64,000 nt of DNA from positions 68,096 to 132,095 of the forward strand of contig CAZYUB010000003.1 of the NCBI GenBank assembly GCA_964650515.1. Direction: 5' to 3'. A model generated the notes under the pieces. That model worked only from the letters and a program-made list of their open reading frames with translations, was not told the origin of the DNA and did not search any database. Shown piece after piece: positions 32,325-41,710 of the stretch. Numbering within the stretch: the stretch's first letter is position 1; every line of letters begins with the position of its first letter. Both the position numbers and the translations under genes were made by a program. Origin of the DNA: an uncultured Planctomycetia bacterium. GTDB lineage: Bacteria; Omnitrophota; Gorgyraeia; Pluralincolimonadales; Pluralincolimonadaceae.

Positions 32325-34790
32325 TTATTTAACCAACAGGGATTTCAATATGGCGGCCTGGTTCCTGACGTCCGCGCTGATCTCATTCGATTTGCTGCTC
32401 CAGGTCAACGGGTCATAAAGATACGCTATGTGCTTTCCGTCCTTGCTCTGCACTATAGCGGGATTGCCGTTGTTGAAAGTCGCGAGGACCTTGTACTGCG
32501 CGCCCGGGTCTTTCGGGACCGAGAGGGCCCAGTAGCATATGCCGGACGAGGTGATATTTCCCTTCTTAACCTCGACGGGGACATCCGTTGCCGTCCCGCC
32601 TTCCGTAAGGGTCACCGCAAAAATATGCACGAGCGGAGAGTCCGGGAGTTTTATGGACGTAAGGCGTTTCGACGGGCTTACGGGCACGGCGATATGGGAC
32701 ATATAATTACCGCTTACAGTCCTGACGGCCGCGTGCGCGAAATGCGGCTCGCTCCTCCAGTCCGCTATTGACGGGGCGAAGTACTGCTCGTCGCTGCTGC
32801 CGTCGCTGTAGACGAAAGAGACCTTTGCCGCTATATCGCCGCCGCTTGAGGCGATAAGGAAATTAGCGTTTGTATATACGCCTTCAGGGACCCGGAATGA
32901 TTGCCCTTCGCACCGGATGTTCTTTACCGTCTTGCCGTCCTTATGCGGGAACAGGAACGCGGTATCCCCGCCTTTGCATTTGAAGACCTTATTGCCTTCG
33001 GGGAGCTCCTGTGTGTCGAAAGGCATATCTTTCGCGTCATCGTTGCATGCGATATCTATCCTCACGCAGACCGGCCTTTCCGTGAAGACCTCCTTAGTTA
33101 TGCCGACTATATCAAGGTACCACGGGTCGGTCTTATTGTATCTCTCGTCCGTAAGGCCGACCGGCCCGAAGGTTATCGTCCTCTTCCCGGCGAGCGCTAT
33201 GCGGTCGACCATCGATAACTGCTCAAGGGAGCCGCCTGCCAGCAGTATGACGTTCTGGTCGTCCGGTATCGATGGCGTGAAGGCGAACGGGTACCATTTC
33301 TGGTTGAACAGGTCCGGCAGGCCGTTGACAAGTTTTGACCTCGATATCTTTACGCCCGGTTTGGCCAGCTCCGGTATTATTTCCCTGGCCGCTTTCTCGT
33401 ATTCACCGAGGAAGTCGTTCTCGAGCAGGAGCATCAGCGTCTTGCCCTGCGCGAAGGAAGTCAACGGCGACGCGAGCGCGTATTCCGGGTAATATATCCA
33501 TGCCTTCGGGTCCTTCTCTTTTTTCATGTTCACCGCGATCGCCCCGGTCGCGTATTGACCGACATCGGATATGGGCTTGAGGCTCCTGTCATCCCTTATA
33601 TACCCGAAATCACCCTCGAAAAGTTTATCGTACCACTTGAACCAGCCCCAGCCGACCATCCACGGGTAAGAGGCTGTCAATGCCGCCTGCCTTATGTAAA
33701 GCTCGGCGACCTGCTGTTCATCACCGAGCCGCGCGGAGGCGTATCCCATGTTCTCCGGCGTTGCCTGGAGCCAGGAGGTGCGGAACCCGCTCTCATTTAT
33801 GAATACCGGCAGCTTTCCCATGTCGCTGTGGAATTTCGTCTGGAATATTATTTTAGCGTTCGCTATCCAGTCCCTGTCGTAATCGAGGTCGAGGTTGTAA
33901 TGCACCGGCGATATGAAGTCCATGCCGCTGTTCTCTTTTGTCGAGACCGGGAACGGCGCGACCTCCGGAAGTTCCGTCGTGTAGGTTATCATGTGGTCCG
34001 GGTCTATGATGCGCATATAGGATGTTAGGTCCTTCAGGAAATCGTTTACGACCCATGAGGTGTATTCTACGATGTCGACGCGCCACGGTTTCCTGTCGAG
34101 GTCCGCTATCTTTCTCCCGGAAACGATCTCTTTGTCGTTAAGCACGTCCGCGAAAGACACATATGCCTTTCTCCACAGCTGGTTGAGCACGGAGACGTTC
34201 CCGTATTTCTTCTCGAGCCAGGCCGGCAGGCATTTCACGGATTCCGGCCCCAGCTTGGGGACGCCGTACCTCTTCCTGCCGCTCCAGTCGAGGTCGAAGA
34301 GCCAGCGCTGGTCCATGTCGACCGCTAGCACGCACGGATGGCCCTTTATGTTGGCAAGGAAAGTATCGTAGAAATGCTTAGCCTGGTCCCTGAACTCGGG
34401 GTCCATGAAATCCGGGAATTCCTTGTTCGTATATGATGTGCGGAAATAAAGGCCGAATTCGTTCTCGTCGCACCATTTCATGATATCCTGCAGGTATGCG
34501 TCCCCGTAGAGGTCGAGCGTATTGAAGCCGTGCTTCTTCATGGCTTCAAGCTCCTGTATGGCGTATTCCGCCGTTACCTTCCCTTTCATCGGGCCGTCCT
34601 CCGGGCCGTACGCGTATACCATTGCCCTGGAGTAGAAAGGCCTGCCCTTGGGATCTATGAAGATAGCGCGGCCGTTCTTATGCCCGATCTTAAAATAGCT
34701 GTTTTGCGGCCAGCCCTTCTCCTGCTGCGCGTTCAACGTTAATGCTGCGGTCATCATAAATGCGACCAGTATAAACAGTGTCTTTTTCAT
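32325..34790 (-). CDS. large secreted putative glycoside hydrolase (TIM-barrel GH5/GH42-like N-terminal region with C-terminal beta-sandwich domains)
   Basis: The ORF track gives 34856; the in-frame ATG at 34790 (MKKTLFILVAFMMTAALTLNA, a signal peptide) avoids overlap with the upstream gene. The N-terminal region has a TIM-barrel GH-like pattern. Family not assigned. Confidence 0.45.
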   Translation of the reverse strand: MKKTLFILVAFMMTAALTLNAQQEKGWPQNSYFKIGHKNGRAIFIDPKGRPFYSRAMVYAYGPEDGPMKGKVTAEYAIQELEAMKKHGFNTLDLYGDAYLQDIMKWCDENEFGLYFRTSYTNKEFPDFMDPEFRDQAKHFYDTFLANIKGHPCVLAVDMDQRWLFDLDWSGRKRYGVPKLGPESVKCLPAWLEKKYGNVSVLNQLWRKAYVSFADVLNDKEIVSGRKIADLDRKPWRVDIVEYTSWVVNDFLKDLTSYMRIIDPDHMITYTTELPEVAPFPVSTKENSGMDFISPVHYNLDLDYDRDWIANAKIIFQTKFHSDMGKLPVFINESGFRTSWLQATPENMGYASARLGDEQQVAELYIRQAALTASYPWMVGWGWFKWYDKLFEGDFGYIRDDRSLKPISDVGQYATGAIAVNMKKEKDPKAWIYYPEYALASPLTSFAQGKTLMLLLENDFLGEYEKAAREIIPELAKPGVKISRSKLVNGLPDLFNQKWYPFAFTPSIPDDQNVILLAGGSLEQLSMVDRIALAGKRTITFGPVGLTDERYNKTDPWYLDIVGITKEVFTERPVCVRIDIACNDDAKDMPFDTQELPEGNKVFKCKGGDTAFLFPHKDGKTVKNIRCEGQSFRVPEGVYTNANFLIASSGGDIAAKVSFVYSDGSSDEQYFAPSIADWRSEPHFAHAAVRTVSGNYMSHIAVPVSPSKRLTSIKLPDSPLVHIFAVTLTEGGTATDVPVEVKKGNITSSGICYWALSVPKDPGAQYKVLATFNNGNPAIVQSKDGKHIAYLYDPLTWSSKSNEISADVRNQAAILKSLLVK

Positions 34791-34791
34791 A

Positions 34792-35232
34792 TCAGAATAG
34801 CACCAGCTTTCTCTTTCCGTAGACCGATATCTCCCATACAGAAAAACCCCAGTCACCGTTCTTGCTTAAAAGATCGATCTTTATATACCTTGCCCTTGAT
34901 ATCGGGAACGTGACGGTCTCGGTACCGCCTCTTCCCGCCGTTGTGGAAAAGACCTCTTTCCATGTCGACCTGTCGGACGATACGCCGATCTTATATGACG
35001 AAGCGAACGCCGACTCCCATGAGATGATCAGCTTGTCTATATCGAACTCTTCACCGAGGTCTAAAATGAGCCACTGGGGTTCCTCGAATATGCTGCTCCA
35101 TCTCGTGTTTGCTTTCCCGTCGATCGCGTTGACCGCAAAAAAATCTTCCGCCTTATCCCTGTCCGGGGGCTGGGTCGAGGAGGCCTCAACGCCTGCCGCT
35201 TTCACAGGCAGAGGTATCTCGAACCTTATCAC
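34792..35232 (-). CDS. single F5/8-type-C (discoidin) domain protein
   Basis: 146 aa. 'FAVNAIDGKANTRWSSIFEEPQWLILDLG...YKIGVSSDRSTWKEVF...RYIKIDLLSKNGDWGFSVWEISVYG'. An in-frame signal-peptide-like stretch lies upstream without a canonical start codon, so the start is uncertain. Confidence 0.55.
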   Translation of the reverse strand: MIRFEIPLPVKAAGVEASSTQPPDRDKAEDFFAVNAIDGKANTRWSSIFEEPQWLILDLGEEFDIDKLIISWESAFASSYKIGVSSDRSTWKEVFSTTAGRGGTETVTFPISRARYIKIDLLSKNGDWGFSVWEISVYGKRKLVLF

Positions 35233-35338
35233 GCGCTGCTCCTGGGCCTTTGAAGGCTCAGGAGCGACTTGCGCAAAGGCAAACCCTGCGCACGCGACGG
35301 ATACTGCTATTATCCCGGACCCGAGATTCCGTAACGTG

Positions 35339-36070
35339 TTATTTTACCTCCACATCCTTGGGTGTAGCCACGACGGCATGGACGTCCTTCCAGTCGGTCG
35401 AGGCCGATATGAACGCTGCTACGAACCTGCAATCCTTGGCGGAAGGGGCGTCAGCCGGTATCTTTATCTCCACAACCCTCTCTTCGGCGGGCTTGAAGTC
35501 CGTTATCGTCGTGACATACGCAAACCCCGGTTTCGCTTCCCAATTCTCTATCTGGACAACGAGCTTGTAATTCGACGTCGATACCTTCACGTCTTTCCAC
35601 GAGAGCTTAACTTTTGCCGTCGAGCCCTTGTTCACCGTTACGGGGGATTCTGTTATATCGAACTTGAAGGCCGAGTTCACGGTGACTACCTTATCCGTGC
35701 CGTTAGAGGCGATGCAGTCATCCCACGCCTTCGACTTCGAGAGCGCGGCTACGACGAACTTGGCCGATGCAGACCCGCCGGTATTGCTTGCCACCGGCAG
35801 GATGGCCACCATCTCACCGCTCGGTGAACTCACCGGGAAATCCTTGAATGAGCATACGGGCGGTTTCGCGTCCCAGTCCTCCAGCTGCACCCTTATAACG
35901 TAATCCTTATCCGTAGGGATGTCGTTCCAGCTTACCTTGACATTGGCGTCCTCGCCGGGCGCCACCATCTTCGGGAATTCGAGCACGTTGACATCGGCTG
36001 CGCAGGCAAATTGGGCAAATCCTGCCATCACACAGACAGCGCACAATATCACTGATAACAGTTTAGCCAT
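35339..36070 (-). CDS. secreted protein of unknown family, internally duplicated; paralog of the gene immediately upstream
   Basis: 243 aa. Signal peptide 'VILCAVCVMAGFAQFACA'. Two ~100-aa repeats with shared motifs 'RVQLEDWDAKPP', 'SAKFVVAALSKSKAWDD', 'YKLVVQIENWEAKPGFAYV', 'CRFVAAFISASTDWKD'. Confidence 0.6.
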   Translation of the reverse strand: MAKLLSVILCAVCVMAGFAQFACAADVNVLEFPKMVAPGEDANVKVSWNDIPTDKDYVIRVQLEDWDAKPPVCSFKDFPVSSPSGEMVAILPVASNTGGSASAKFVVAALSKSKAWDDCIASNGTDKVVTVNSAFKFDITESPVTVNKGSTAKVKLSWKDVKVSTSNYKLVVQIENWEAKPGFAYVTTITDFKPAEERVVEIKIPADAPSAKDCRFVAAFISASTDWKDVHAVVATPKDVEVK

Positions 36071-36090
36071 TTAAGGCCTCCTTTCATTTT

Positions 36091-36831
36091 CTATAACGGT
36101 TTATGCTTTACTATATCCACTTCGCCCGGCGTTGCGGTTATCGCGTAAGCGTCCTGCCAGTTCTTTTCCTTCGAGATGAAGGCCGCCACGAAACGGCATG
36201 CCTTCGCTTCCGGAGCCGACTCCGGCACCTTTATGGTTAACTCGGCCTCGCCCTCAGGGCCGAAATCATCTATCCTGGAGACATAAGCGAACCCGGGCTT
36301 GACCTGCCAGTTCTCGAGCTGGACAATGAGCTTATACCTCTTGTCGGCCTTAATGCCTTTCCACCCGACTTTTACCTTGACGATCTCGCCGCGGCTAACA
36401 AGCGTCGGGTATTCATGCAGCGCGAACTTGAAATCGGAGACGATCTCTACGGCGCTTCCGGTGTCGGCCGTATAAAGGATATCATCCCATATTTTTGTCT
36501 TCGAGATGAATGCCGCGACGAATTTGGCGCTTTTGCTTGCCGTAACGTTAAGGGGTATCTTAAGCGCGATCTCGGCCGTCCCCTCGCTCTTGTCTATCCC
36601 GTAATCGTTGAATACGAATATCGGCGGGACGGCTTCCGAATCCTGCAGTTGGACCCTCATTATATATTCGTCATTTAACGTGTGGCCGCTCCAGGATATC
36701 CTGAGATTGGCTGCCTGTCCCGCCGCAACGGTCTTCGGGTACTGGTCGATGGTAATATCGACCGCGCGCGCCTGCGCATACGGGAACAAAAACAAGGATG
36801 CCGCCGCCGCGGTATATATCGCCTTCTTCAT
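36091..36831 (-). CDS. secreted protein of unknown family, internally duplicated; paralog of 35339-36070
   Basis: The ORF track gives 37017; the in-frame ATG at 36831 gives signal peptide 'MKKAIYTAAAASLFLFPYAQA'. Motifs 'RVQLQDSEAVPP', 'SAKFVAAFISKTKIWDD', 'YKLIVQLENWQVKPGFAYV', 'CRFVAAFISKEKNWQD'. Roughly 40-45% identical to its neighbour by eye. Confidence 0.6.
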   Translation of the reverse strand: MKKAIYTAAAASLFLFPYAQARAVDITIDQYPKTVAAGQAANLRISWSGHTLNDEYIMRVQLQDSEAVPPIFVFNDYGIDKSEGTAEIALKIPLNVTASKSAKFVAAFISKTKIWDDILYTADTGSAVEIVSDFKFALHEYPTLVSRGEIVKVKVGWKGIKADKRYKLIVQLENWQVKPGFAYVSRIDDFGPEGEAELTIKVPESAPEAKACRFVAAFISKEKNWQDAYAITATPGEVDIVKHKPL

Positions 36832-36845
36832 TTTGTGGCGCCTGT

Positions 36846-37886
36846 TCATAGCATCTTCCTGCAGGAATCCCTTATTATGAGTTCGGTAGCCAGGGTCTTC
36901 TTGTACCCCGGCTTCACTTCCTTGTCTATGAGCCCTATCACCGTCTCCGCTGCGAGCCGTCCCATTTCCGTTATCGGCTGCCTGACCGTGGTAAGCTTTG
37001 GCGAAAGCTCCGAACACATCGGGTTGTCATCGAACCCTATGAGGGATATGTCACCCGGGACATCGAGGCCCTTGTCTTTTATCGCCTTTATGGCGCCGAG
37101 CGCCATTTCGTCGCTCGCTACGAATACGGCGGTCGGGGCCTTATCAGATCCCAGAAGCTGCGACATCTTCTCGTATGCGGCCTTCCTGTAGAAGTTCCCG
37201 TCCATTATGAACTCGTGCTGCACGGGTATTCCCGCGTCGCTTAAGGCCTGTTTATACCCCTCGAGGCGTTCGTTCCCGGATTGTATATTCAAAGCGCCGT
37301 GTATTGTGGCTATCTTCCTGTGGCCGAGCCCTATAAGGTATTTGACCGCATCATACGCGCCGGCCCTGTTGGAAACGGATATGTAGTTGATGCGTTGCTC
37401 GGTGTATGTGGCGTTCACCACTACGTACGGTATATCGCTCTTCCAGAGCACCGGGTTTATTTCAAGCGCGCCGAGTTCCAGGATGAGGCCGCCTATGTAG
37501 GTCTTGTTCAGTATGCGCCTGTAGAAGTCATCCTCCGGTTCGTTGATATTGTACAGGAGTATCAGGTCGCGGCGCGCAGGGAAGACGACGTCCCTTATCC
37601 CCTTCATCAGTTCCGTAAAGAAGAAAGAGCCGAACATGTCGTCATAGACCGGCATGACGAGGCCTACCGAGTTCACCTTGTTGCTCGCAAGCCGGCTTGC
37701 GCTGATATTCGGCTTGAAATTCAGTTTATCTATGGCATCCAGGACCCGCAGCTTGTTCCTTTCCTTCACGCTGCCGAAGTTATTGATGACCCTCGATACC
37801 GTAGCTATTGATACGTCAGCTTCCCTTGCAACGTCGTCTATGCTCGGGAATTTGCCTTTTCTTGTCTTCATGTCATTTTTGGCCAT
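36846..37886 (-). CDS. LacI-family transcriptional regulator
   Basis: 346 aa. N-terminal HTH 'SIDDVAREADVSIATVSRVINN', periplasmic-binding-protein-like C-terminal domain. Confidence 0.85.
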   Translation of the reverse strand: MAKNDMKTRKGKFPSIDDVAREADVSIATVSRVINNFGSVKERNKLRVLDAIDKLNFKPNISASRLASNKVNSVGLVMPVYDDMFGSFFFTELMKGIRDVVFPARRDLILLYNINEPEDDFYRRILNKTYIGGLILELGALEINPVLWKSDIPYVVVNATYTEQRINYISVSNRAGAYDAVKYLIGLGHRKIATIHGALNIQSGNERLEGYKQALSDAGIPVQHEFIMDGNFYRKAAYEKMSQLLGSDKAPTAVFVASDEMALGAIKAIKDKGLDVPGDISLIGFDDNPMCSELSPKLTTVRQPITEMGRLAAETVIGLIDKEVKPGYKKTLATELIIRDSCRKML

Positions 37887-37963
37887 TTTTAAAGATTAAA
37901 ATGTAAGCGCTTTCTTATATTAAGAAATATACATTATGTAAGTTGACCTGTCAAGTAATAATT

Positions 37964-39013
37964 TCATGAGAGCCATTTTTCTTCCGGTATGTCCTTCTGG
38001 CAGGATTTCCTCAGGACTATCTCGGATTTCAGCGTAATGACCTTATTTGGAAACTTTTTCTTGGTAACGGCTTCAAGCAGCAGTTTCGCGCCCATCTCCC
38101 CCATCTTCTTCATCGGCTGCCTGACGGACGCAAGCGGAGGGTCTGATATCCTGCTGAACGGCATATCATCGAAACCGAGCACTGCGACTTCATCCGGCAC
38201 TTTCTTGCCCATCTCCTTTAGCATCTTGAGGCCGCCGTATGCCTGCAGGTCGCTGCCATATATTATCGCGTCGGTATCGGGCATCCTGTCTATCAGTGCT
38301 TTTGTCGCGAGGCCAGAGTCCTTAAGCGAAAATGTATGTTCGTATACGATAAGGTAGGGATCGTAGGGGACCTTCTTTTCCTTCAGGGCCTTTTTATAGC
38401 CCTCAAGCCTGTCCTGCCATATGAATTCCGACGACTCCTCGGGCATGATAAGGCCTATCTTCCTGCGCCCGAGCTCGAGCAGCCTCTTCGTCGCCTCGAA
38501 ACTCGATTCGACGTTGTCTATGAGGACGCACTGCCCGTAATCGGAATAATTATTGAGCAGGACAACCGGGATATTGCTCTTCTGGAGCCTTGCTATGGTA
38601 GAGTCGGAGAGGTCCAGGAAAGCGGAGATCAGCCCCACAACTCCGTTGTCATGTATTACCTTGTCTATGAAGACCTCTTTGCGCTGGTTGTCATAAAGGT
38701 CGTTATAAGTGTCTACAGTATAAAGGAGCTCATAGTACCCGGTGTCTTTCAGGGCGTCCTTTATCCCGGCTTCTATGCTGCTTACGAGGTGTTCGCCCGC
38801 CCGCGCGTAAATAACCGCTATATATTTCATCGAGCGCTCGTACATACCGGTCTGGCGGGCCTTGAGGTATGGCGCGTAGTTGAGCCGGCGCGCGGCCTTC
38901 TCTATCCTTAACTTCAGCGGAAGGCCGATCCCCGGGCGGTTGTTCAGCGCCTTGGAGACGGCTGCCGGGGATACCCCCAGCTCTTTTGCGATATCCTTTA
39001 TGGTGACGGCCAT
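37964..39013 (-). CDS. LacI-family transcriptional regulator (second, tandem)
   Basis: 349 aa. N-terminal HTH 'TIKDIAKELGVSPAAVSKALNN'. Confidence 0.85.
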   Translation of the reverse strand: MAVTIKDIAKELGVSPAAVSKALNNRPGIGLPLKLRIEKAARRLNYAPYLKARQTGMYERSMKYIAVIYARAGEHLVSSIEAGIKDALKDTGYYELLYTVDTYNDLYDNQRKEVFIDKVIHDNGVVGLISAFLDLSDSTIARLQKSNIPVVLLNNYSDYGQCVLIDNVESSFEATKRLLELGRRKIGLIMPEESSEFIWQDRLEGYKKALKEKKVPYDPYLIVYEHTFSLKDSGLATKALIDRMPDTDAIIYGSDLQAYGGLKMLKEMGKKVPDEVAVLGFDDMPFSRISDPPLASVRQPMKKMGEMGAKLLLEAVTKKKFPNKVITLKSEIVLRKSCQKDIPEEKWLS

Positions 39014-39127
39014 AACTTCCCCTTACGAGAAATATATTTACCTACCATCAAGCATTTTCGTTAAGAACAATACCATAAGGCCATGGGGTTGTCAAGGGCA
39101 AAAGTTTACGCTTACAAAATAGCCGGA

Positions 39128-39163
39128 CAAAAAAAGGGGCGGAATCTCTTCCACCCCTTAATT
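39128..39163 (-). terminator. rho-independent terminator (minus strand AAGGGG-loop-CCCCTT followed by T7) downstream of the small secreted-protein gene
   Basis: Reverse complement of 39128-39163: TAAGGGGTGGAAGAGATTCCGCCCCTTTTTTTG. Confidence 0.5.
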
Positions 39164-39200
39164 TATGTGATGTCCTGTACAGAACTTTGTATTCTCGAAA

Positions 39201-39536
39201 CTAATTGGTCGGCTGACCGATGAATTCCGGGTTCAACCAGGTCTTCTCGTACGGAGGTATCGGGAACGTTACTGTGTCAAAAAGACCAGAAGCCGTTCTG
39301 AATACGCCCTTTACGGTACCCTTGACGGCACCGACGATGACTCCGAATACCGGGTTGCTCTCCTTGATGGACTTATCCATCTCGATCGGTATTTCGACCC
39401 AACCAGTCGCGAAATTCGCCAAACCTCTGCGGAGCTTGGTGCCCGCGTTAGCGGCGTAGCTGGGAACAGCCATTCCGATGACCAATGATATAACGAAGAG
39501 AACCAAAACCATCTTCCACACGTTATTCTTGAACAT
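39201..39536 (-). CDS. small secreted protein of unknown function (possibly an exosortase-system-associated small-protein family; unverified)
   Basis: 111 aa. Signal peptide 'MVLVLFVISLVIGMAVPSYA', strong RBS GAGGAGGTG, own promoter and terminator. Confidence 0.45.
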   Translation of the reverse strand: MFKNNVWKMVLVLFVISLVIGMAVPSYAANAGTKLRRGLANFATGWVEIPIEMDKSIKESNPVFGVIVGAVKGTVKGVFRTASGLFDTVTFPIPPYEKTWLNPEFIGQPTN

Positions 39537-39577
39537 GACTATTGTGTCACCTCCTCTCGGTTAACATCATTGTCGCA

Positions 39578-39607
39578 AATATATCACAGCTTTCACTGTT
39601 TTGTCAA
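39578..39607 (-). promoter_or_regulatory. sigma70-like promoter (minus strand TTGACA-18-TATATT) for the small secreted-protein gene
   Basis: Read from the reverse complement; followed by RBS GAGGAGGTGA and the ATG. Confidence 0.45.
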
Positions 39608-39615
39608 CAAAAATA

Positions 39616-40257
39616 TTAGAATTTACGGAGCAAAGCTGCGGAATTGCGCAATACTGCCGCCGCCCTGTGCTTGTCAAGTCCGCATCCGAGCAGAGCCGAA
39701 AGTGCTTTTTGCCCGGTTATCAGGTCGCCCGGCTCGTGGGAATCGGTGTTAAGGACAAGTTTTGCGCCAGCCTGAAGCGCGATCTTCGCAACGTGTCCGT
39801 TAGTAAGCGAGTGCCCCTTCTTTACGGTTATCTCAAGGCAGGCCGAGCGCCTGGCGGCTGTCCTGGCGTCCTTAAGCGTTATAAGCCCCGGATGGGCAAG
39901 TATGTCGATCCCGCATTCGAGCGCGGCCGCGTTCGTGCCGGGTATCACCGGTTCAGCGATCGTCTCGCCGTGCACGACGATAAGTTTTATCCCGTTGTAT
40001 CTCGCGTATTTGACGAGGCCAGCAATATCCTTGGGCGGGACGTGCGTAAGCTCTACTCCCGGGACGACCTTTATTTTCCCGGAAGTCAGCGACTTCGCCG
40101 CCTTGACTATCCTCGGCACGACGAAATCTATGTTCGATACGTCGACATGGTCGGTGAGGCCGATGCCGGTGTATCCGGCAACATACGCCCTCCTGACAAG
40201 TTCCGCGGGTAGGAGCGCCCCGTCGCTCAATAAAGTGTGTGTATGCAGGTCTATCAT
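39616..40257 (-). CDS. PHP-domain phosphoesterase (histidinol-phosphatase family)
   Basis: 213 aa. 'MIDLHTHTLLSDGAL...GLTDHVD...VPGVELTH...DSHEPGDL' metal-binding His/Asp pattern of PHP hydrolases. Confidence 0.75.
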   Translation of the reverse strand: MIDLHTHTLLSDGALLPAELVRRAYVAGYTGIGLTDHVDVSNIDFVVPRIVKAAKSLTSGKIKVVPGVELTHVPPKDIAGLVKYARYNGIKLIVVHGETIAEPVIPGTNAAALECGIDILAHPGLITLKDARTAARRSACLEITVKKGHSLTNGHVAKIALQAGAKLVLNTDSHEPGDLITGQKALSALLGCGLDKHRAAAVLRNSAALLRKF

Positions 40258-40264
40258 GATATCA

Positions 40265-40341
40265 TGGTGGGCCTGAGAGGACTCGAACCTCCCGCACGCG
40301 GTTTAGGAAACCGCTGCTCTATCCAGATGAGCTACAGGCCC
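40265..40341 (-). tRNA. tRNA-Arg (anticodon CCT), with encoded 3' CCA
   Basis: Reverse complement: GGGCCTGTAGCTCATCTGGATAGAGCAGCGGTTTCCTAAACCGCGTGCGGGAGGTTCGAGTCCTCTCAGGCCCACCA. 7-bp acceptor stem, D-arm GCTC/GAGC, anticodon stem GCGGT/ACCGC with loop TTCCTAA, T-arm GGAGG-TTCGAGT-CCTCT. Confidence 0.85.
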
Positions 40342-40352
40342 AATCCTTATAT

Positions 40353-40892
40353 TTAGAATTCTATCAAAGAGAAAACGTTCTGCCCCTTAAGGCGTTCGCG
40401 GCCTTTCAGGAAAGTCAATTCTATCAGGAACGCGACCTCCACGACTTTGCCGCCGAGCTTGCCGACAAGGTCGCATACCGCTTTCATCGTGCCGCCGGTC
40501 GCGAGCAGGTCGTCGATTATCAGGACGTTATCGTCCGGCCCTATGGCGTCCTTGTGGATCTCGAGGCAATCCTTGCCGTATTCGAGGTCATATTCTATCC
40601 TGTGGGTCTCGTGCGGGAGTTTCCCCTTCTTCCTTACAGGGACGACCCCGGCGCCCAGCTTATAAGCTACCGCGCTGCCGAAGACGAATCCCCTGGCCTC
40701 CACGCATATGACCTTGTCTATCTTCTTCCCGGCATACCTTTCGGCTATGCCGTCTATCGCTTCGTGGACCCTCTTGCCGTCTTTAAGGAGCGTGGTTATA
40801 TCTTTGAATATTATACCCTTTTTAGGGAAATCGGGTATATCCCTTATCGACTTCTTGAGCCCCTCGACTACCTGGCGTTCGGTACCCATCAT
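40353..40892 (-). CDS. apt: adenine phosphoribosyltransferase
   Basis: 179 aa. '[13 protein letters not shown]', PRPP motif '[13 protein letters not shown]'. Confidence 0.9.
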   Translation of the reverse strand: MMGTERQVVEGLKKSIRDIPDFPKKGIIFKDITTLLKDGKRVHEAIDGIAERYAGKKIDKVICVEARGFVFGSAVAYKLGAGVVPVRKKGKLPHETHRIEYDLEYGKDCLEIHKDAIGPDDNVLIIDDLLATGGTMKAVCDLVGKLGGKVVEVAFLIELTFLKGRERLKGQNVFSLIEF

Positions 40893-41698
40893 TGCATCTC
40901 CTGTGAGGTCATGTTCTTCCTGAGCTTCCTGAGAGCCGCCTCTTCTATCTGGCGGACCCTCTCCCTCGTTATCTTGAACTTTTCAGCCACCTCTTCAAGC
41001 GTGTGTGCCGTGTCGTCCTTAAGGCCGAACCTCATGTTAAGGATCTCCTGCTCCCTCTTGCTCATCTTTCCGAGCAGGTCGGTTACTTTTTCCTGGCGCA
41101 GGTAGTTCGAAAGCTCTTCAGTCGGGGAGACCGACTTAGTGTCCTCAATGAGGTCCATCATCGTGCCGCTATCGTCCTCGCCCACCGGTGCCTCGAGCGA
41201 GGTCGTCTGGGTCATCACACGGTCAAGCTCCTGCGCTTTCTTGACCGATATCTTCATCGATTTTGCTATCTCGCCGGTCGTGGGTTTCTTGCCGAGTTTC
41301 TGCGACAGCTTCTCGTTGACCTTCTTCCATTTCGCCGCGAGCTCCATCATATAGACGGGGATCCTCACTGTCTTGCCCTGGTTCGCGACCGCGCGCAATA
41401 TGAATTGCTTTATCCACCATGCCGAGTACGTCGAGAACCTGAACCCTTTCTTCGGGTTGAATTTCTTGACGGCTTTCATTAAGCCGAGGTTGCCTTCCTC
41501 GATGAGGTCGAGCAAAGGCACGCCGAAGTAGCTGTATTTCTTCGCTATACTGACCACAAGACGGAGGTTTGATTGTATCATCCTCTTCTCCGCCTTGACA
41601 TCGCCTTTTTTGGCCGCCTTGGCCAACTCGATCTCTTCTTCGGCGGTCAAAAGCGGTATCTTCTCTATCTCCTTCAGATACGCTTTGATCGGCTCCAT
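40889..41698 (-). CDS. RNA polymerase sigma factor, sigma70 family (RpoD/RpoS-like regions 2-4, no region 1.1)
   Basis: 269 aa. Region 2 '[54 protein letters not shown]', region 4.2 '[28 protein letters not shown]'. Confidence 0.8.
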   Translation of the reverse strand: MEPIKAYLKEIEKIPLLTAEEEIELAKAAKKGDVKAEKRMIQSNLRLVVSIAKKYSYFGVPLLDLIEEGNLGLMKAVKKFNPKKGFRFSTYSAWWIKQFILRAVANQGKTVRIPVYMMELAAKWKKVNEKLSQKLGKKPTTGEIAKSMKISVKKAQELDRVMTQTTSLEAPVGEDDSGTMMDLIEDTKSVSPTEELSNYLRQEKVTDLLGKMSKREQEILNMRFGLKDDTAHTLEEVAEKFKITRERVRQIEEAALRKLRKNMTSQEMQ

Positions 41699-41710
41699 TT
41701 TCCCTCGTTG

